From the human T2T-CHM13v2.0 reference genome, Homo sapiens: 64,000 bases of DNA. Below the pieces are notes generated by a model, which was not told the origin of the DNA, made no database searches, and saw only the letters and a program-made list of their open reading frames with translations. Position 1 is the first letter of the stretch; each line of letters opens with the position of its first letter. The DNA is taken from positions 29,024,001-29,088,000 of the forward strand of contig CP068257.2 of assembly GCA_009914755.4 (NCBI GenBank), read 5' to 3'. The translations under genes were made by a program, and so were the position numbers. Shown here piece after piece: positions 10,947 to 23,905 of this stretch.

Positions 10947-13224
10947 TATATGATTTGCCTGTGCCTCCACCCAAATCTTAATTGTAACTTTTATATTTCC
11001 CACATGTCATGGGGAAAAGCCGGTGGGAGGTGATTGAATTATGGGGGCAGGTCTTTCCTGCACTGCTCTCATGACCAGTGAATGCGTCCCATGAAATATG
11101 ATGGTTTTAAAAATGGGAGTTTCCCTGCACAAACTCTCTTCCCTTGTCTGCTGCCATGTGAGACATGCCTTTTACCTTCCACCATGATTGTGAGGTCTCC
11201 CCAGCCACATGGAACTGTAAGTACAATTAAAACCTATTTTTCTTCCCAGTCTCAGGTATGTCTTTATCAGCAGTGTGAAAACAAACTAATAGAGTAAATT
11301 GGTACCAGTAAAGTGAGGTGCTGCTAAAGATACCTGATAGTGTGGAAGCAACTTTGGAACTGGGTAACAGGCAGGGGTTGGAACAGTCAGGAGGGATCAG
11401 AAGAAGACAGGAAAAATGTGGGAAAGTCAGAAACTTCCTAGAGATGTGTTGAATGGCTTTGACAAAGATGATGCTGATAGTGATATGGAAAATAGCATCC
11501 AGGTCGGGGTGGTCTCAGATGGAGATAAGGAACTTGCTGGGAATTGGAGCAGAGGTGACCCTTCTTATGTTTTACAAAGAGACTGGCAGCATTTTGACCC
11601 TGCCCTAGAGATCTGTGGAACTTTGAACTTGAGAGAGATGCTTTAGGGTAACTGTCAGAAGACATTTCTAAGCAGCAAAGCATTCAAGATGTGACTTGGG
11701 TGCTCTTAAAGACATTCAGTTTTAAAAGGGAAGCAGAGCATAAAAGTTTGGAAAATTTGCAGCCTGACAATGAAATAGAAAAGAAAATCCCATTTTCCAA
11801 GGAGAAATTCAAGCTGGCTGCAGAAATTTGCATAAGTAGCAATGAGCTGAATGTTAATCCCCAAGACAATGGGGAAAACATCTCCAGAGCATGTCAAAGG
11901 CCTTCACGGCAGCTCCTCCCATCACAGGCCCAGAGGCCTAGGAAGAAAAAGGTGATTTACTGGGCCAAGCCCAGTGTCTCTGTGCTGTGTGCAACCTAGG
12001 GACTTGGTTCCCTGTGTCCAAGCCACTCTAGCCATGGCTGAAAGGGGCCAATACAGAGCTCAGGCCATGACTTCACAGGGAGCAAGCCTCAAGCCTTGGC
12101 AGCTTCCTGGGGCTGTGAAGCCTACCAGTGCACGGAAATCAAGAATTGAGGTTTGGGAACCTATGCCTGGATTGCTGAGCATGTATGGAAATGCCTGGAT
12201 GTACAGGCAGAAGTTTGTTGCAGGGTCAGGGCACTCATGGAGAACCTCTGCTAAGGCAATATGAAAGGGAAATGTGGGGCCAGAGCCCCCACACAGAGTC
12301 CCTACTGGGGCACCACTGAGTGGAGCTGTGAGAAGAGGGCCAATGTCCTCCAGACCCCAGAATGGTAGATCCACAGACAGCTTGCACCATGTACCTGGAA
12401 AAGCTGCAGACACTAAATGCCAGCCCATGGAAGCAGCCAGGAGGGAGGCTGTACCCTGCAAAGCCACAGGGGCAGTGCTGCCCAAGACCATGGAAACCCA
12501 CCTCTTGCATCAGCAAGACCTGGATGTGAGACATGGAGTCAATGGAGATCATCCTGGAGCTTTAAGATTTAACTGCCTTGCTGGATTTTGGACTTGCGTG
12601 GGGCCTGTAGCCCCTTTGTTTTGGCCAATTTCTCCTATTTGGTATGGCTATATTTACCCAGTGCCTGTACCCCCATTGTGTCTAGGAATTAACTAACTTG
12701 CTTTTGATTTTACAGGCTCATAGGTGGAAGGGACTTGCCTTGTCTCAGATGAGATTGGAATGTGGACTTTTAAGTTAATGCTGAAATGAGTTAAGACTTT
12801 GGGGTACTGTTGGGAAGGCATTATTGGTTTTGGAATGTGAAGACATGGAATTTTGGAGGGGCCAGGGGCAGAATCATAAGGACTGGCTCTGTCCTCACCC
12901 AAATATCATCTTGAATTGTAACTCACACAATTCCCACGTGTCATGGGAGGAAGCCGGTGGGAGGTGATTGAATTATGGGTGCGGGTCTTTCCTGTGTTGC
13001 TCTTGTGATAGTGAATGAGTCTCATGAGATCTGATGGTTTTAAAAACAGGAGTTTCCCTGCACAACTCTCTTCTCTTGTCTGCCACCATGTGAGATGTGC
13101 CTTTTACATTCCACCATGATTACAAGGCCTCTCCAGCCACATGGAACTCTAAGTCCATTAAAACCTCTTTTTCTTTCCAATCTCAGGTATGTCTTTATCA
13201 GCAGAATGAAAACAGACTAATACA
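10947..13224 (+). mobile_element. Full-length THE1-type ERVL-MaLR element: 5' LTR about 10947-11294, internal about 11295-12874, 3' LTR about 12875-13224; flanked by 5-bp target-site duplication CCAGG
   Basis: Both LTRs match the THE1 consensus ('...cccaaatct(t/c)a...ttgaattgtaac...cccac(a/g)tgtcatgg...gccggtgggaggtgattgaattatggg...ctcaggtatgtctttatcagcag...actaata(g/c)a'). A roughly 1.6 kb internal region lies between them. 'ccagg' sits at 10942-10946 and 13225-13229. The two LTRs are clearly diverged from each other, indicating an old insertion. Confidence 0.85.
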
Positions 13225-13880
13225 CCAGGAAAAATGTAACTCAAATTATAATGTGTCTTATATGTTTCTTAGAATTTTCTGTTTTATCTAACTATACATA
13301 TCCCTCTGCAGTATTCTAAAAAACCAGACCTATTTAATTGAAAAGTACAGTCCTATAACTGGATACTCAGTATCACTGAAATAAATGAATAAATTTTAAC
13401 TGGTAATTGAAAAAGAATTATTAGTTGCAGCTCATGATGATGATGATGACTATGATGAAATCAGAAATTTCCACATGATCTAATGATTGTCACTGAATTA
13501 CTGGCACAGCTAATATATATCATCTCAAGAAACCTGTACCCTTTCCTTATTACAGTGTTCCATTCACTGTAATAGAGCTTCCCAGGAACAGGCTATTCAG
13601 TACGTATGTGCTGGACTTCTCAAGCATCTACTTTCATGAGCCATTTAATCTGTCCTACTATGCCACAGAGAGCTTAGCACACGTGAAACTACTTGAGGGG
13701 GAAAAAGACGCAATTTCTATGAGCATATCAAATTCCACCCAAACTGACATTGGCAGATCATAGCGCACTACAGAAACAGATAGTATGGGCACCAAACCCA
13801 GAATAAGAATCTGTGATATTTGTTAGAAAACAGGACACATAAGCTAACTTTTCAATGATGAGCAGGAGTTAGCCAACATA

Positions 13881-14425
13881 TTAGTCTATTATGTTGCTGA
13901 TAAAGACATACCCAAGACTGGGAAATTTACAAAAGAGGTTTAATAGACTTACAGTTCCTCATGGCTGGGGAGGCCTCACTATCATGGCAGGAAGGCAAGG
14001 AGGAGCAATTCATGTCTTACATGTATGGCAGCAGGCAAAGAGAGAGCTTGTGCAGGGAAATTCCCATTTTTAAAACAATCAGATCTCATGAAACTCATTC
14101 ACTATCACAAGAACAGCACAGGAAAGACCCACACCTATAATTCAATCACCTCCCACAGGGTTCCTCCCATGACACCTGGGAATTGTGGGAGTTACAATTC
14201 AAGATGAAATTTGGGTGGGGGCACAGCCAGACCATATCATTCCACCCTGGACCCTCCCAAATCTCATGTACTCACATTTCAAAACCAATCGTGCCTTCCC
14301 AACAGTCCCCCAAAGTCTTAACCCATTTCAGCATTAACTCAAAAGTCCACAATCCAATATCTTATCTGAGACAAGACAAGCCCCTTCCACCTATGAGCCT
14401 GGATAATCTGAAGCAATAAAACTTC
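13881..14425 (-). mobile_element. THE1-type LTR (13881 to about 14238) plus about 180 bp of adjoining THE1 internal sequence; truncated element
   Basis: Starts 'ttagtctattatgttgctgataaagacatacccaagactgggaaatttacaaaagaggtttaatagacttacagttcc' and ends 'ggcacagccagaccatatca'. The next ~180 bp match the internal-region start of the element at 41955-42110 ('catttcaaaaccaatc...caacagtcccc(c)aaagtcttaac(c/t)catttcagcattaactcaaaagtccaca'). Confidence 0.8.
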
Positions 14426-14889
14426 ATCAACCACTGCAGTTCCTTTATGTGACATGAAAACAGATCCCTGTGGGAATTACAGGGTCCCATAAAATATAAA
14501 AGACTATAAAGTTTTTGATGTGTGTTAATGAAACGAAATGTCTGGTTTGCTTACCTAGGTAAGTTTATTAGGAAACTGATTTAGATTCACTCGCTCACAG
14601 ATATAACAAAACATAAATGATATAACTAACACAACTAGGGGGTTATAAAAACCAACTTTACTTATTTGAGAGTAGGTTTTTCAGGCAGTCTGATTTCAAA
14701 GTATCTCAGGGTGGAAGACTATGGTTGTGGACTCTGCTCCTTAACTGCTAAGGTGAGGACAAGAGAAAGGGAAGCTGTAAGAAATATTAAAGCATCAACT
14801 ATATTGCAGAAGTTTTACATCAGAGTACATCATAATCTGGAAATATAAGAAGCTACATAACTAATAAGGTAGAAAATGATTGCTTACCT

Positions 14890-15050
14890 TGTCAAGAAAT
14901 ATGGATGCCACTGTAACTACAGTTGGAGGCATAACCACAACCAGGTCACCAAAGATTCCATGGTCATTTAATACCCAGGTGTCACAAAATCCATAGACAT
15001 TCCTATAGACAGAGCCACATGCACATTCCCCATAGACATTTCCTTGTGTG
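14890..15050 (-). pseudogene. Possible decayed KRTAP-like (Gly/Tyr/Cys-rich) coding relic, frameshifted
   Basis: Minus-strand reading gives 'QGNVYGECACGSVYRNVYGFCDTW' in one frame and 'PGCGYASNCSYSG' in another. An ATG lies in a third frame, and a TATA-like 'gtatgtataacagg' lies about 60 bp upstream on the same strand. The Cys/Gly/Tyr composition is suggestive only. Confidence 0.2.
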
Positions 15051-17713
15051 GCAGACAGACTTTTGAAATGACTCCCAAATGATCCTCACTTCCTGTTATA
15101 CATACTCTTGTGTAGTCCCCTTCCCTTAAGTGTAGGATGAGCCTAGGTTCTTGCTTCTAATGGATAGAATACACAAAATGAGACGGGATGTCACTTTGAA
15201 GATTAGGTTTTCAAAGACTGACTTTCATCTTGCTGGCACTCTCTTTGACTCTTTTCATGAGTTCTTTGATGGAGTTGCCCACATGGCAAACAACTGTGGT
15301 TAGTTAGGAACCTAGGGTTCCAGTCCAACATCCTTCGAAGAACTTAATTCTTCCCACAGCCATGTGAGTGAGCTTGGAAGAGGATTCTTCCCCTGTGCAG
15401 ACTTCATTTGGGACTGTAGCCCAAGCCAACCGCTAGCGAAAGCCTTTCAAGAAACTCTGAAACAGATAACCTAGCTGAACCATGCCAGTATTCCTAACAC
15501 CCAGACACAATGAGATAACTCTGGGTGGTTTTAAGGCACTCCATTTTGAGGTGACTTGTTACACAGAAATAGGTAACTAATACACTTTGGTAATTACAAC
15601 CTATGATGTCAGGATTAAAAAATTTAGTCAGACACCAAAGAAAAAGTTATTTGAGTTTAAATCCCATCTTCTTCAGAGATCATATATTTAATTTCAAAAG
15701 TGATTTTCATGCATGAACATTGCTTCACTCTGGATAGGTTGGAGTACTTTGTAAACTTTCACTGCCCTAGAATAAGAGTGAACAGCCCAGTTTCTGGAAA
15801 AAAGCACAGCTCAAACCCAGACCCACCACTTGTTAGATTCTTAATTTCTTTCTTCTTAAGTTGCTTCATCTGCACTACGTGGATAATGATAGCCCCTATT
15901 ACAAGGTGCCCAAAACTCTGTCTTATACATATGAAGAGTTCAATAAGTGATTGCTAGTCTTGTTTTAAAACATCTAATTACCTTTAGTCACAAGTGTCTT
16001 GTCATTGCTAGAGAGTTTTCCAATCTATTTTCAGCTAGTTTGTGAAGGCTTTTTTTTTGATGAGCTCACTATAAAATGAGAGATGAACACATCATTGGAG
16101 TCACTAGATTAATCTCCTGTGTTTAATATTCACGACCTTCAGTAGAACTCTCTGCAAGTTCAGCAACAGCAAACAGTTATTGAGGTCCTGCTCTGTGCAG
16201 AGAATCATTACACATGCTCAGATAAAATAGTAGAACAGCCTGCCTTTTCAGAAGTATAAGCAAAATAAGTCAGATTTGTAAATGAAAGAAATTTCATTAA
16301 TCTAGTATACTGACTTTAAAAACTGGATATTCCTTAGAAATACCTAGGGCATTTAAAATATGTACACACCAGTGCCAGGGCCCTACTCACAGAGAATCTC
16401 ATTCAATTTAAGATGGAACCTAAAATTAAATGCTTTTTAAAAGCTCTCTGGGGGATTATAATGCACAAGCAGAGTTGAAAATGATTGATTTAGCGCAAAC
16501 CCTCCACTTAAAATGTTAAGACTTACAGAAGCTTATTTCAGGTGACATGGTTAAGTTAGTGCTATAACTAACACTAAATGTTGTGCCTTCTGATACTGGA
16601 TAAATGGTTGTTTAATTACCAAATAACATCTGCATTTCACTGTACTTATTTATATATTTAATCATTCATAAAACAAATATTTACTGAGAATTTTTTCAAT
16701 GCTGGAAATGGGCATACAATGCTAAGCAACACAGAGTCACCCAGTGATTTTTTTCAAGATTAAAATTTTCTAGAGGAGATTGGCAGTAAAAACTAAATTA
16801 AGAAAACAACAATATCTATAAGTATATGACTGCAGCCCTGAGACTGCACTAAAGGCAGAGTATCAGATTCATTAGAATAGTAGGAGACCTGATTTAAATT
16901 AGGAAGAAAAAGAATCCTTTTGGGGGAGTGATTTTTAATCTAGAGATTATATGTAACTGGATTTTAGGATAGGCTGCTAAAAATTATACCCTAGAGGTAA
17001 CTCTTTTCCCCCCATTCCCCCACAAAAAAGATCAATCTCAGTAAGGCTTGCAAAAATTTTCTTAAAAGATTATCTAAATGATAATGATAATAACACAAAT
17101 TGTCTCTTAAATACTTGATTAAGTGCTTTGTGTGCATTATTTTATTTGGTCATCACAGTAATCCTGTTACTATAGATCTCTTCTTAAGAGCAGCTCTTTC
17201 TAAAAACCTCAAACTAAATATGAATAGTGAAAAAGTTCACATTTTCTTCTTGGCATACTGTCTTCACCAACACATATATTTCAGTCATTAGAATGAGATG
17301 ATGACTCACTAAATCCTCAACTTAAATAAGCATCTTGAAAGGCATCCTATTCTAACAACCTCATTTTGCAGATGACATTTGCAAGGAGCTAGGCAGCCCT
17401 GCACAGCCAGTGAGTTCAGAAACTTGCATGATCTCAACCACTCCCTTGATGGATCTTACAATCTAAGCATAGCATCTGTGAAGCATATAAAATAGAAGGC
17501 AGAGAATAGCAGGCAAATTATGAGTGACATTATTATATAAATTCAAAATGATGAGTGAATACCAAGTGGTAAAGATGACAGCAAATCATACCTCTGGAAA
17601 CTATAAAGGCAGAAGCAGGGACTCAGTTTAATAGCTAACCGATGCCCTCTTGAGAACCAACACACTTGGGCTGCAGAAAGGCAAGAAGGAGTCCATTAAC
17701 AATTAGATTGAAT

Positions 17714-18480
17714 GTTGATAAACTGGAACTGATTATTTAGTTAGTGATATGGACAGGAGGCAGGGAAATACTGGGTAGAAGAGGGCAGTTCCCCAGCAAA
17801 GGCCCCACCCTCAAGCCTGGAAACCCATGGCACTGAATGGGAACAGGCATTCCTGTTTTTGTGCCCAAATGCTGCCTTTTCTAAGACCACTCTGGCCTGC
17901 CACACCCCTATCCTGTCCCCATATAAACCCCAAGCTCCACTGGCAGAGCAGCAGAACAGTGTGGCAGAGAAGGAGAGAAGAGAAGGAGTATCTCAACATC
18001 AAGATGAGTTCAGCTAAGGATGATCAGAAAGGAGATCAGTAGTAAGATGGAGGAACACCAGGGAAAGATCATCTTGCCACTTCATCCCCTTTCCAGCTCC
18101 CCATCCATCCCACAGAGAACCACCTCCATCATTCAGTAAAATCCCCACATTCGCCATCCTTCAAGTCCATGTGACCTGATTCTTCCTGGATGCCATACTA
18201 GACCCGGGCACCAAAAGGGCAGGGTATAAAAGGCTGTCACCCTGACTCTCCACCAAGCTGGTTAACACTTAGCCATCCATGGACAGCAAAGATAAAAGCA
18301 CACTGTAACACACCTAGACACTGCCATGGGGCCAGAGCCCAAAACTGCTCACCCTGGCTCACCTGCATGCTTCCCCTCCCACAAGAAGTTTGAGTGCATG
18401 GAGGCTGAGGAAATGAGCCACACCCCTGTTCCAAGTCCCACAGAGGTGTCAGGGAACTCTTCTGCCTCACTAGGGCTATT
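17714..18480 (+). mobile_element. ERV1-like solo LTR (family not named), with TATA box ('ccccatataaaccccaagc') and AATAAA ('ttcagtaaaatcccc')
   Basis: Has U3-R-U5-like architecture. It is homologous over its whole length to 32286-33090 ('ggaggcagggaaatactgggtagaagagggcag...ccccaccctcaagcctggaa...gcctgcc(a/c)cacccctatcctgt...tataaacccca'). Confidence 0.5.
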
Positions 18481-21400
18481 CAAAATCAACGTTTTTTTTC
18501 TTATCACTTTTATCAGGTTCACACATATATGGCTCATTTTATTTAAGTATAAAACTTTCTTTCCAAATCACAGGGGCTATGTCTAAGACAATCTATGTTT
18601 GGCAGGTGAAAAAAAATGCCCTGAATTGGGAACAAGGCTAGAGAGAAGCAAAAGGTGCCAATATTAACTTACATAAAGATAACCTAGAGTCATAAAATAT
18701 TACCTAAGAAAAACATTTTTGCAAGTGTTTGGGGGCACCTATTCCAATAACTGTATGTGTTAGTGTTTTCTCACATGTATTCAAAGCTTTGCATAGCAAA
18801 ACAATGTCTGTAGGTTTTAGTTAACAGATTATATTGTGGTGTGTAAATACAAAACTATGGAAATATATGTAGAGGGTGAGGAAAGACTTCCCAAAAGAAG
18901 TGGGGTCTAAACTTTGTTGGCAAAAGAATACAGGTACTTTGGGGTGATGAGAAGTCAAAGAAAGAGAAGAATGTAGAGGCTGAAAAGAAGTTCAGACGAT
19001 TGCGGATAGACTAGTTTGGCTGTTGTGCAGTGCTAGAGAGATGTAAACGCATGAAGATGTATCATGGCAAGAATAAAAAGCTAAGGTAGCATTGGAGACC
19101 TCCTAAGAATTTTATTAGGTGGATCTCATGATGATTATTTTACTTTTAAATAACATTAATTTGACTGTGTTCATGGGAGAAATTAAAGAGAGGAAAGATT
19201 GAACCTAAAGAGACCCATTGAGAGACTCTTGTAGTTACATTATGATAAATCACAGAGACATAGAGGAAACTGCTGGAATATTAAATTCAGGTGTCTGTCA
19301 TCCTCTATTTATCTGAGACTAAGTATGAAAGTTCCAGAAGATGTCCAGTGTTTTTGTATGTTCATATTCACCTGGAAGAGAGAATTTGCTAATGAACAGA
19401 AAGTTATATTTGATATGGGTAAAGTATCTGGTGCAAAACAAATTTTTTCGTAACAGCAAATACAACTGTAGGGGACGACCAAGATTGTCAGAAAAGTATC
19501 GACTGACAAAAAAAAATACAATGATTAAAAACACATTTGCTATATATTCCTCTTTTTGTAGCTCAATATAAAATACTGGCTTGTCTGGCAGTTTTTGCCC
19601 ACCTTAATTTATAATACTGTCCTGCGACTTCTCTCCAAATTATGAGATCCATGAAATGGAGCCATTATTCTGGCATCCTGGGATATTTGTTCAAGAACCA
19701 CAGGACACTAAGGGGTTCAACTATAAAGCATGTAGTTCAGAGCAAGTCAGCTCATTTTATGCAAGGCACAAAGATTTCCTGTAGAAGGCTTCAACATCCC
19801 CAGGCCACTTTGTCCTGTAAGAGACCCAAGCTATACTTTGGATAGTTTAACCAATTAAAAAGTAAAGGAGCTGCCCAGAGGCCAGTGTTCTGCAGTCATC
19901 TCTCAAGTATGATATGACAAGGTCTTTAAAGAATGTGTTGTAATTCTTCCCTCTTTGGTCTTCAATGCAAAGTGTCTCATTTTAAAACCCTGAGGCTCTA
20001 TACTCAAAACTATAGAGATCAAAAAGTTTGAAATTCCCTGATATTCTCTGTTTACCAATGATAAAACTTTGATTACCCACATTTTATCTTTATAAAGCAC
20101 CTGAATGGTAGATCATCATGTTATTAACACCAAGAGCATGGTTTTACCTGTTAGGGATTGCAACGGATTCAAAAGCTTCCCTTTGTTCATGTTCTCAATT
20201 TCTTCCAAGAGCTTTATTTTATACAGGGAAATAAATATCATATTATTTTTTCTAGAATTAGGAGTACAGGGGCAAAGTAACGTTTATCAGAAAATAAGAA
20301 CATGCTGGGATAAGAAATGGGAAGTTAAATGAGCCACCAACTCTTGGTTGCCCTGTACCGTTTTCTTGATATATCTATTCAAGGCCACTTGGGAAAATTT
20401 TCCTACTGAAACAGTCTGTAGTAGTGCATCCTGTACCCAAAACGTTGCTCTACTTAAAGTGAGAAGGAGAAGGATGAGCAGTTTTTCAACCAACCTTACC
20501 TAAAAACAGGTCAGGTCCAAGTAGAGACTTGCAAATATAAAAAGATGTAAAAATTCAATTTTCTATTAAATAACAAAAATGAAATATCCCTAAAAAAATC
20601 CTTGAAATGCTAAACCAAAATTTAGGTTTGTCCAAGATTATCACTGAAACTCAAGTCCAGAATTCATGGATTCTGTCACACACTTTGAGAATATAAATCA
20701 GTCAAGAAGGGAGAAGAGAAGGGCAATAGTAGAGACATTTCCTGGAGATTTCTATTGACATGCTGTGAGTTCTCACTTCTAAATCCCAGGGAGGGATTTC
20801 TTCCTTCTTTATTTCAGACTTGGTGAGGGGTCCCTCCACTGCATGACTGGGAAAGCTTAAATACTCTGCTGCAGGTGAGGAGATAGAGAGCTGGTCCTGA
20901 TCGTTACTTGAGAAAAGCAAAGGCAACCAGGGGCAAGTGGGAGGTGGATACATTTCTAGAATTTGGTAAGAAAAGTATGTGTGTTATACATGAAAAAGAT
21001 AAAGTTCACATGGGAGGAAAAGCCCTTCTAGGGTCATCTGTTTGGGAAGTGGGAAGACACAGAAGGCCCCCATGCACAAGAAGTTAGAGATCAATTTCAG
21101 ATTCCTCCCTATGGAAGAAAACATGAGTCGTCACCATGAAAGAAATACTTTTGCCTGAGTCAAGAAATGTCAAGAGAATATCCACCAATAATGGCCATCT
21201 CCAATGAACCCATGAATTTTCTGCTAGGAAACAGGAAGACCACAAAGTAAGCAGTGGTTTGAAGATGGTGAAATTCAGGCATGCCCTTTCCCAAGCTTTT
21301 ACCACTTTTGATCAATAACTTGTACTTAACATTTAGCCGCTGATTTTTAAGACACTTTGCAATACTCTATTATCTTTTCCAGATGACAAATTTTATCTGA

Positions 21401-21969
21401 CAGTTTTCATCTAGAGACAGAGGAAATTTACATATACTAAATACATGTTAAAGAAACAGCAAGAGAAAAAAAAATGAGGTTACATTTTTCTATTGCCATG
21501 AGTTTTGTTTTTCAGTATCTTGGTTGAGGATGTAGATTTCTACATAGAGACAAGTTCTACAATAAAGTAGAACATTTGAGCTAAATATTTCAGAAAAGTA
21601 AAAGGAAACATGCTCCAGTGTGATTGGTAGCTGCCCATAGAATACTTACAAAACTTTTACTTACAAAATGTCATTTTTTTTAAATCTGGAAAGTTTTCTT
21701 TATTTGAGAGAATGCATAGCTTCCAGGGATGTTCATGGAGTCCTAAGGAAGGAAAGAGAAAGTCACTGCAGAAGATTGCAAAATGTTTCCAATTCAACTC
21801 TCATCCTTGAATTCATGTCCCTTCTGATGTAATTTTTTAGTATCCTCCAACTCTAAGGACTCAACCATCTGATTTTCTTTGGTCAGTAAAATGAGACAGA
21901 GGAATAGTATGCAAGTTCTGACCCAAAGAATCATATGGGAAAAGCTCCTTGATATTGGCCTTAGCAATA

Positions 21970-22870
21970 ATTTTTTTTTGGATATCACAACAAAAGCTCA
22001 GATGACAAAAGCTAAAATTAACAAACGGTAATACATCTAACTAAAAGGTTTCTGTGTAGCAAAAAAGAAAAAGAAAAGGCAGCCTACTGATTGGGAGAAA
22101 ATATTTGCACACAATATATCTGATTAGGGGTTAATATTCAAAAGATAAGAAATTCACATAACCCAATAGCCAAAAATACAACCAGTTTTTAAAATGGCAA
22201 AGAACTTGAATAGACATTTCTTCAAATAAGACAGAAAAGTTGCCGATAGATATATGAAAAGGCACTCAACATCACTAGTTATTTGGGAAATGCAAACCAA
22301 AACCAGAAAATATCACCCCACACTTGTTAGACTGGCTATTATCAAAAAGACCAGAGATAAGTGTTAGAAAGGGTAGACATAAAGAAAAGGGAAAACTTGT
22401 ACACTATTGGTAACAATGTAAATTGGCTCAGCCATTATGGAATGCAGTGTGGAGATTCCTCACAAAAGTAAAAATAGATCTACTATATGACCCAGCAATC
22501 CCTGTTCTGCATATATATGCAAAAGAAATGAAATTAGCACCTCATAGAGATATCTGCACTCCCATGCTCATTGCAGCATTATTCACAGCAGCCAAAATAT
22601 GGAAACAACCTTAGTGTCGATTGGTGAATGAATGGATAAAGAAACTGGGAGATATATAGATATATACATGTAGATGTGTACATAGATACATATATAAAAT
22701 TAAATCATATATAATGAAATATAGTAAGTATTATTCAGCCTTATAACAGATGGCAATCCTGCCATTTATGACAACATGGATGAGTCTGGACATTATGCTA
22801 AGCAAAAAAACTCAGATTCAAAGAGAAAAATATTACATGATCTCACTTATGTGTGAAATCTAAATATATA
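21970..22870 (+). mobile_element. Older L1 (L1PB/L1M-type) ORF2 C-terminal to 3' region in sense orientation; TA/GATA-rich simple repeats are embedded after about 22640
   Basis: 'gggagaaaatatttgcacacaatatatctgattagggg...tgaatagacatttcttcaaataagacag...ggaaatgcaaaccaaaaccagaaaatatcaccccacacttgttagactggctattatc...ccattatggaatgcagtgtggagattcctcacaaaagtaaaaatagatctactatatgacccagcaatccc' is colinear with L1 ORF2. Confidence 0.75.
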
Positions 22871-23000
22871 TAATTTATATATATTTATATATCACATAAA
22901 AATTATATATCTTTGATATGTAATTTATATATATTTATATATCATATATAAAAATTATATATATCTTTCATATATATTTATATAAAAATCCTGTTGTATA
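22640..23000. repeat. TA/GATA-rich simple repeats, including two tandem copies of an approximately 60-bp unit
   Basis: 'tatatagatatatacatgtagatgtgtacatagatacatatataa' plus the duplicated 'taatttatatatatttatatatcac(at)ataaaaattatatat(at)ctttgatatg'. Confidence 0.7.
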
Positions 23001-23539
23001 CCTTAAATATATATCTTTTAAAAACAGAGACATCTAGGAACCTTAGTGCATACATAAGTCTGTTTTTCACCTTTCAACAGCAGAGTGACTATCACATTAA
23101 ATATATGATGCCTAAAAAGCATCTCTAAAATAAAATAAATGTTGATTATCTTTCTCAACTCCTAGCAGTATTTTGTTAATGTATCTATAGATACTTACAG
23201 TAAAAAGAAGAAATTGTACAAATAGACATGAAAAGAAAAGCAATAGCCCATAGATTAATAAGAAAAAAAACAGAAGGATTAAAAAGCAAGATAGAAAGAA
23301 CATTAAAGTGCTCAGTTTTAAATGAGATATGTCATGAATTTCCCAACTTTAAAAAATTGGGCTGTGCAAAGAAAAATTTGTGTGTGTACGTGGTGTGTGT
23401 GTGTACAGAGAGGCAGAAGGAGAGACATATAATACAATAATATGTTTATAAATTTATAGATATGTGTGTATATATTAAAAAAGTAAAATAAACTATTGTA
23501 TTCATACATTATTAAATGTTAATTATGTATTTATCAATC

Positions 23540-23905
23540 AACTAGTGAGTATTCTTAGTCCATTTGGACTGCTATAACCAAACGTCATAAACAGTAGCTT
23601 AAAAAAATAAAAATTCATTTCTCACAGTTCTAGAGACTAAGAAGTCCAACTTCAAAGGTCTGGCAGATTCATTGTCTGGTGAAAGCCCACTTCCTTACAG
23701 ATGGTGGTTTCTTACTATGCCCTTTCATGGTGGAAGGCATAAGGGACTTCTCTGTTCTCTTTTATAAGGACACTAATCCCATTCATAAGGGCTGTACTTT
23801 CATGACCTAATCCTTTGCAAAGGCCCTACCTCCTAATACTATCACTTTGGGGTTAAGGATTTCAATATATGAATTTTGGGGGAACACATATATTTAGACC
23901 ATAGC
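23540..23905 (-). mobile_element. MaLR-group LTR (MST/MLT-type), reverse orientation
   Basis: 'aaattcatttctcacagttctagagactaagaagtccaacttcaaaggtc...cttttataaggacactaatcccattcataagggctgtactttcatgacctaatcctttgcaaaggccctacctcctaatactatcactttggggttaaggatttcaatatatgaattttggggg' is the reverse complement of the family seen at 5280 and 44794. Confidence 0.6.

Noticed and set aside
11295-12874. Several 100-143 aa ORFs (11691-11999 plus, 12060-12491 minus, 12274-12696 plus) and their homologues at 42269-43114.
   Set aside because: They lie inside THE1 (MaLR) internal regions. MaLR elements are non-autonomous with no known functional proteins, and the ORFs overlap each other on both strands as expected for chance read-through. 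Conservation between the two copies reflects shared transposon ancestry, not host function.
17827-18586. ORFs 17827-18042, 18237-18470 and 18326-18586 overlapping the ERV1-like LTR.
   Set aside because: They lie within LTR U3/R/U5 sequence and have no resemblance to retroviral or host proteins.
19430-19480. 'ctggtgcaaaacaaattttttcgtaacagcaaatac' resembles the mariner/MADE1 terminal inverted repeat 'ggtgcaaaagtaattgcggttttt'.
   Set aside because: Only about 10 bp match convincingly, and there is no second inverted terminus or TA duplication nearby. Too weak to call a MITE.
20817-20875. Exon-like block bounded by 'ctttatttcag|acttgg...' (acceptor-like) and '...ctgctgcag|gtgaggag' (donor-like).
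   Set aside because: Splice-like dinucleotides occur by chance at this density. There is no supporting ORF, conservation evidence or partner exons, and the block lies inside the minus-strand ORF 20702-20953 of no recognisable family.
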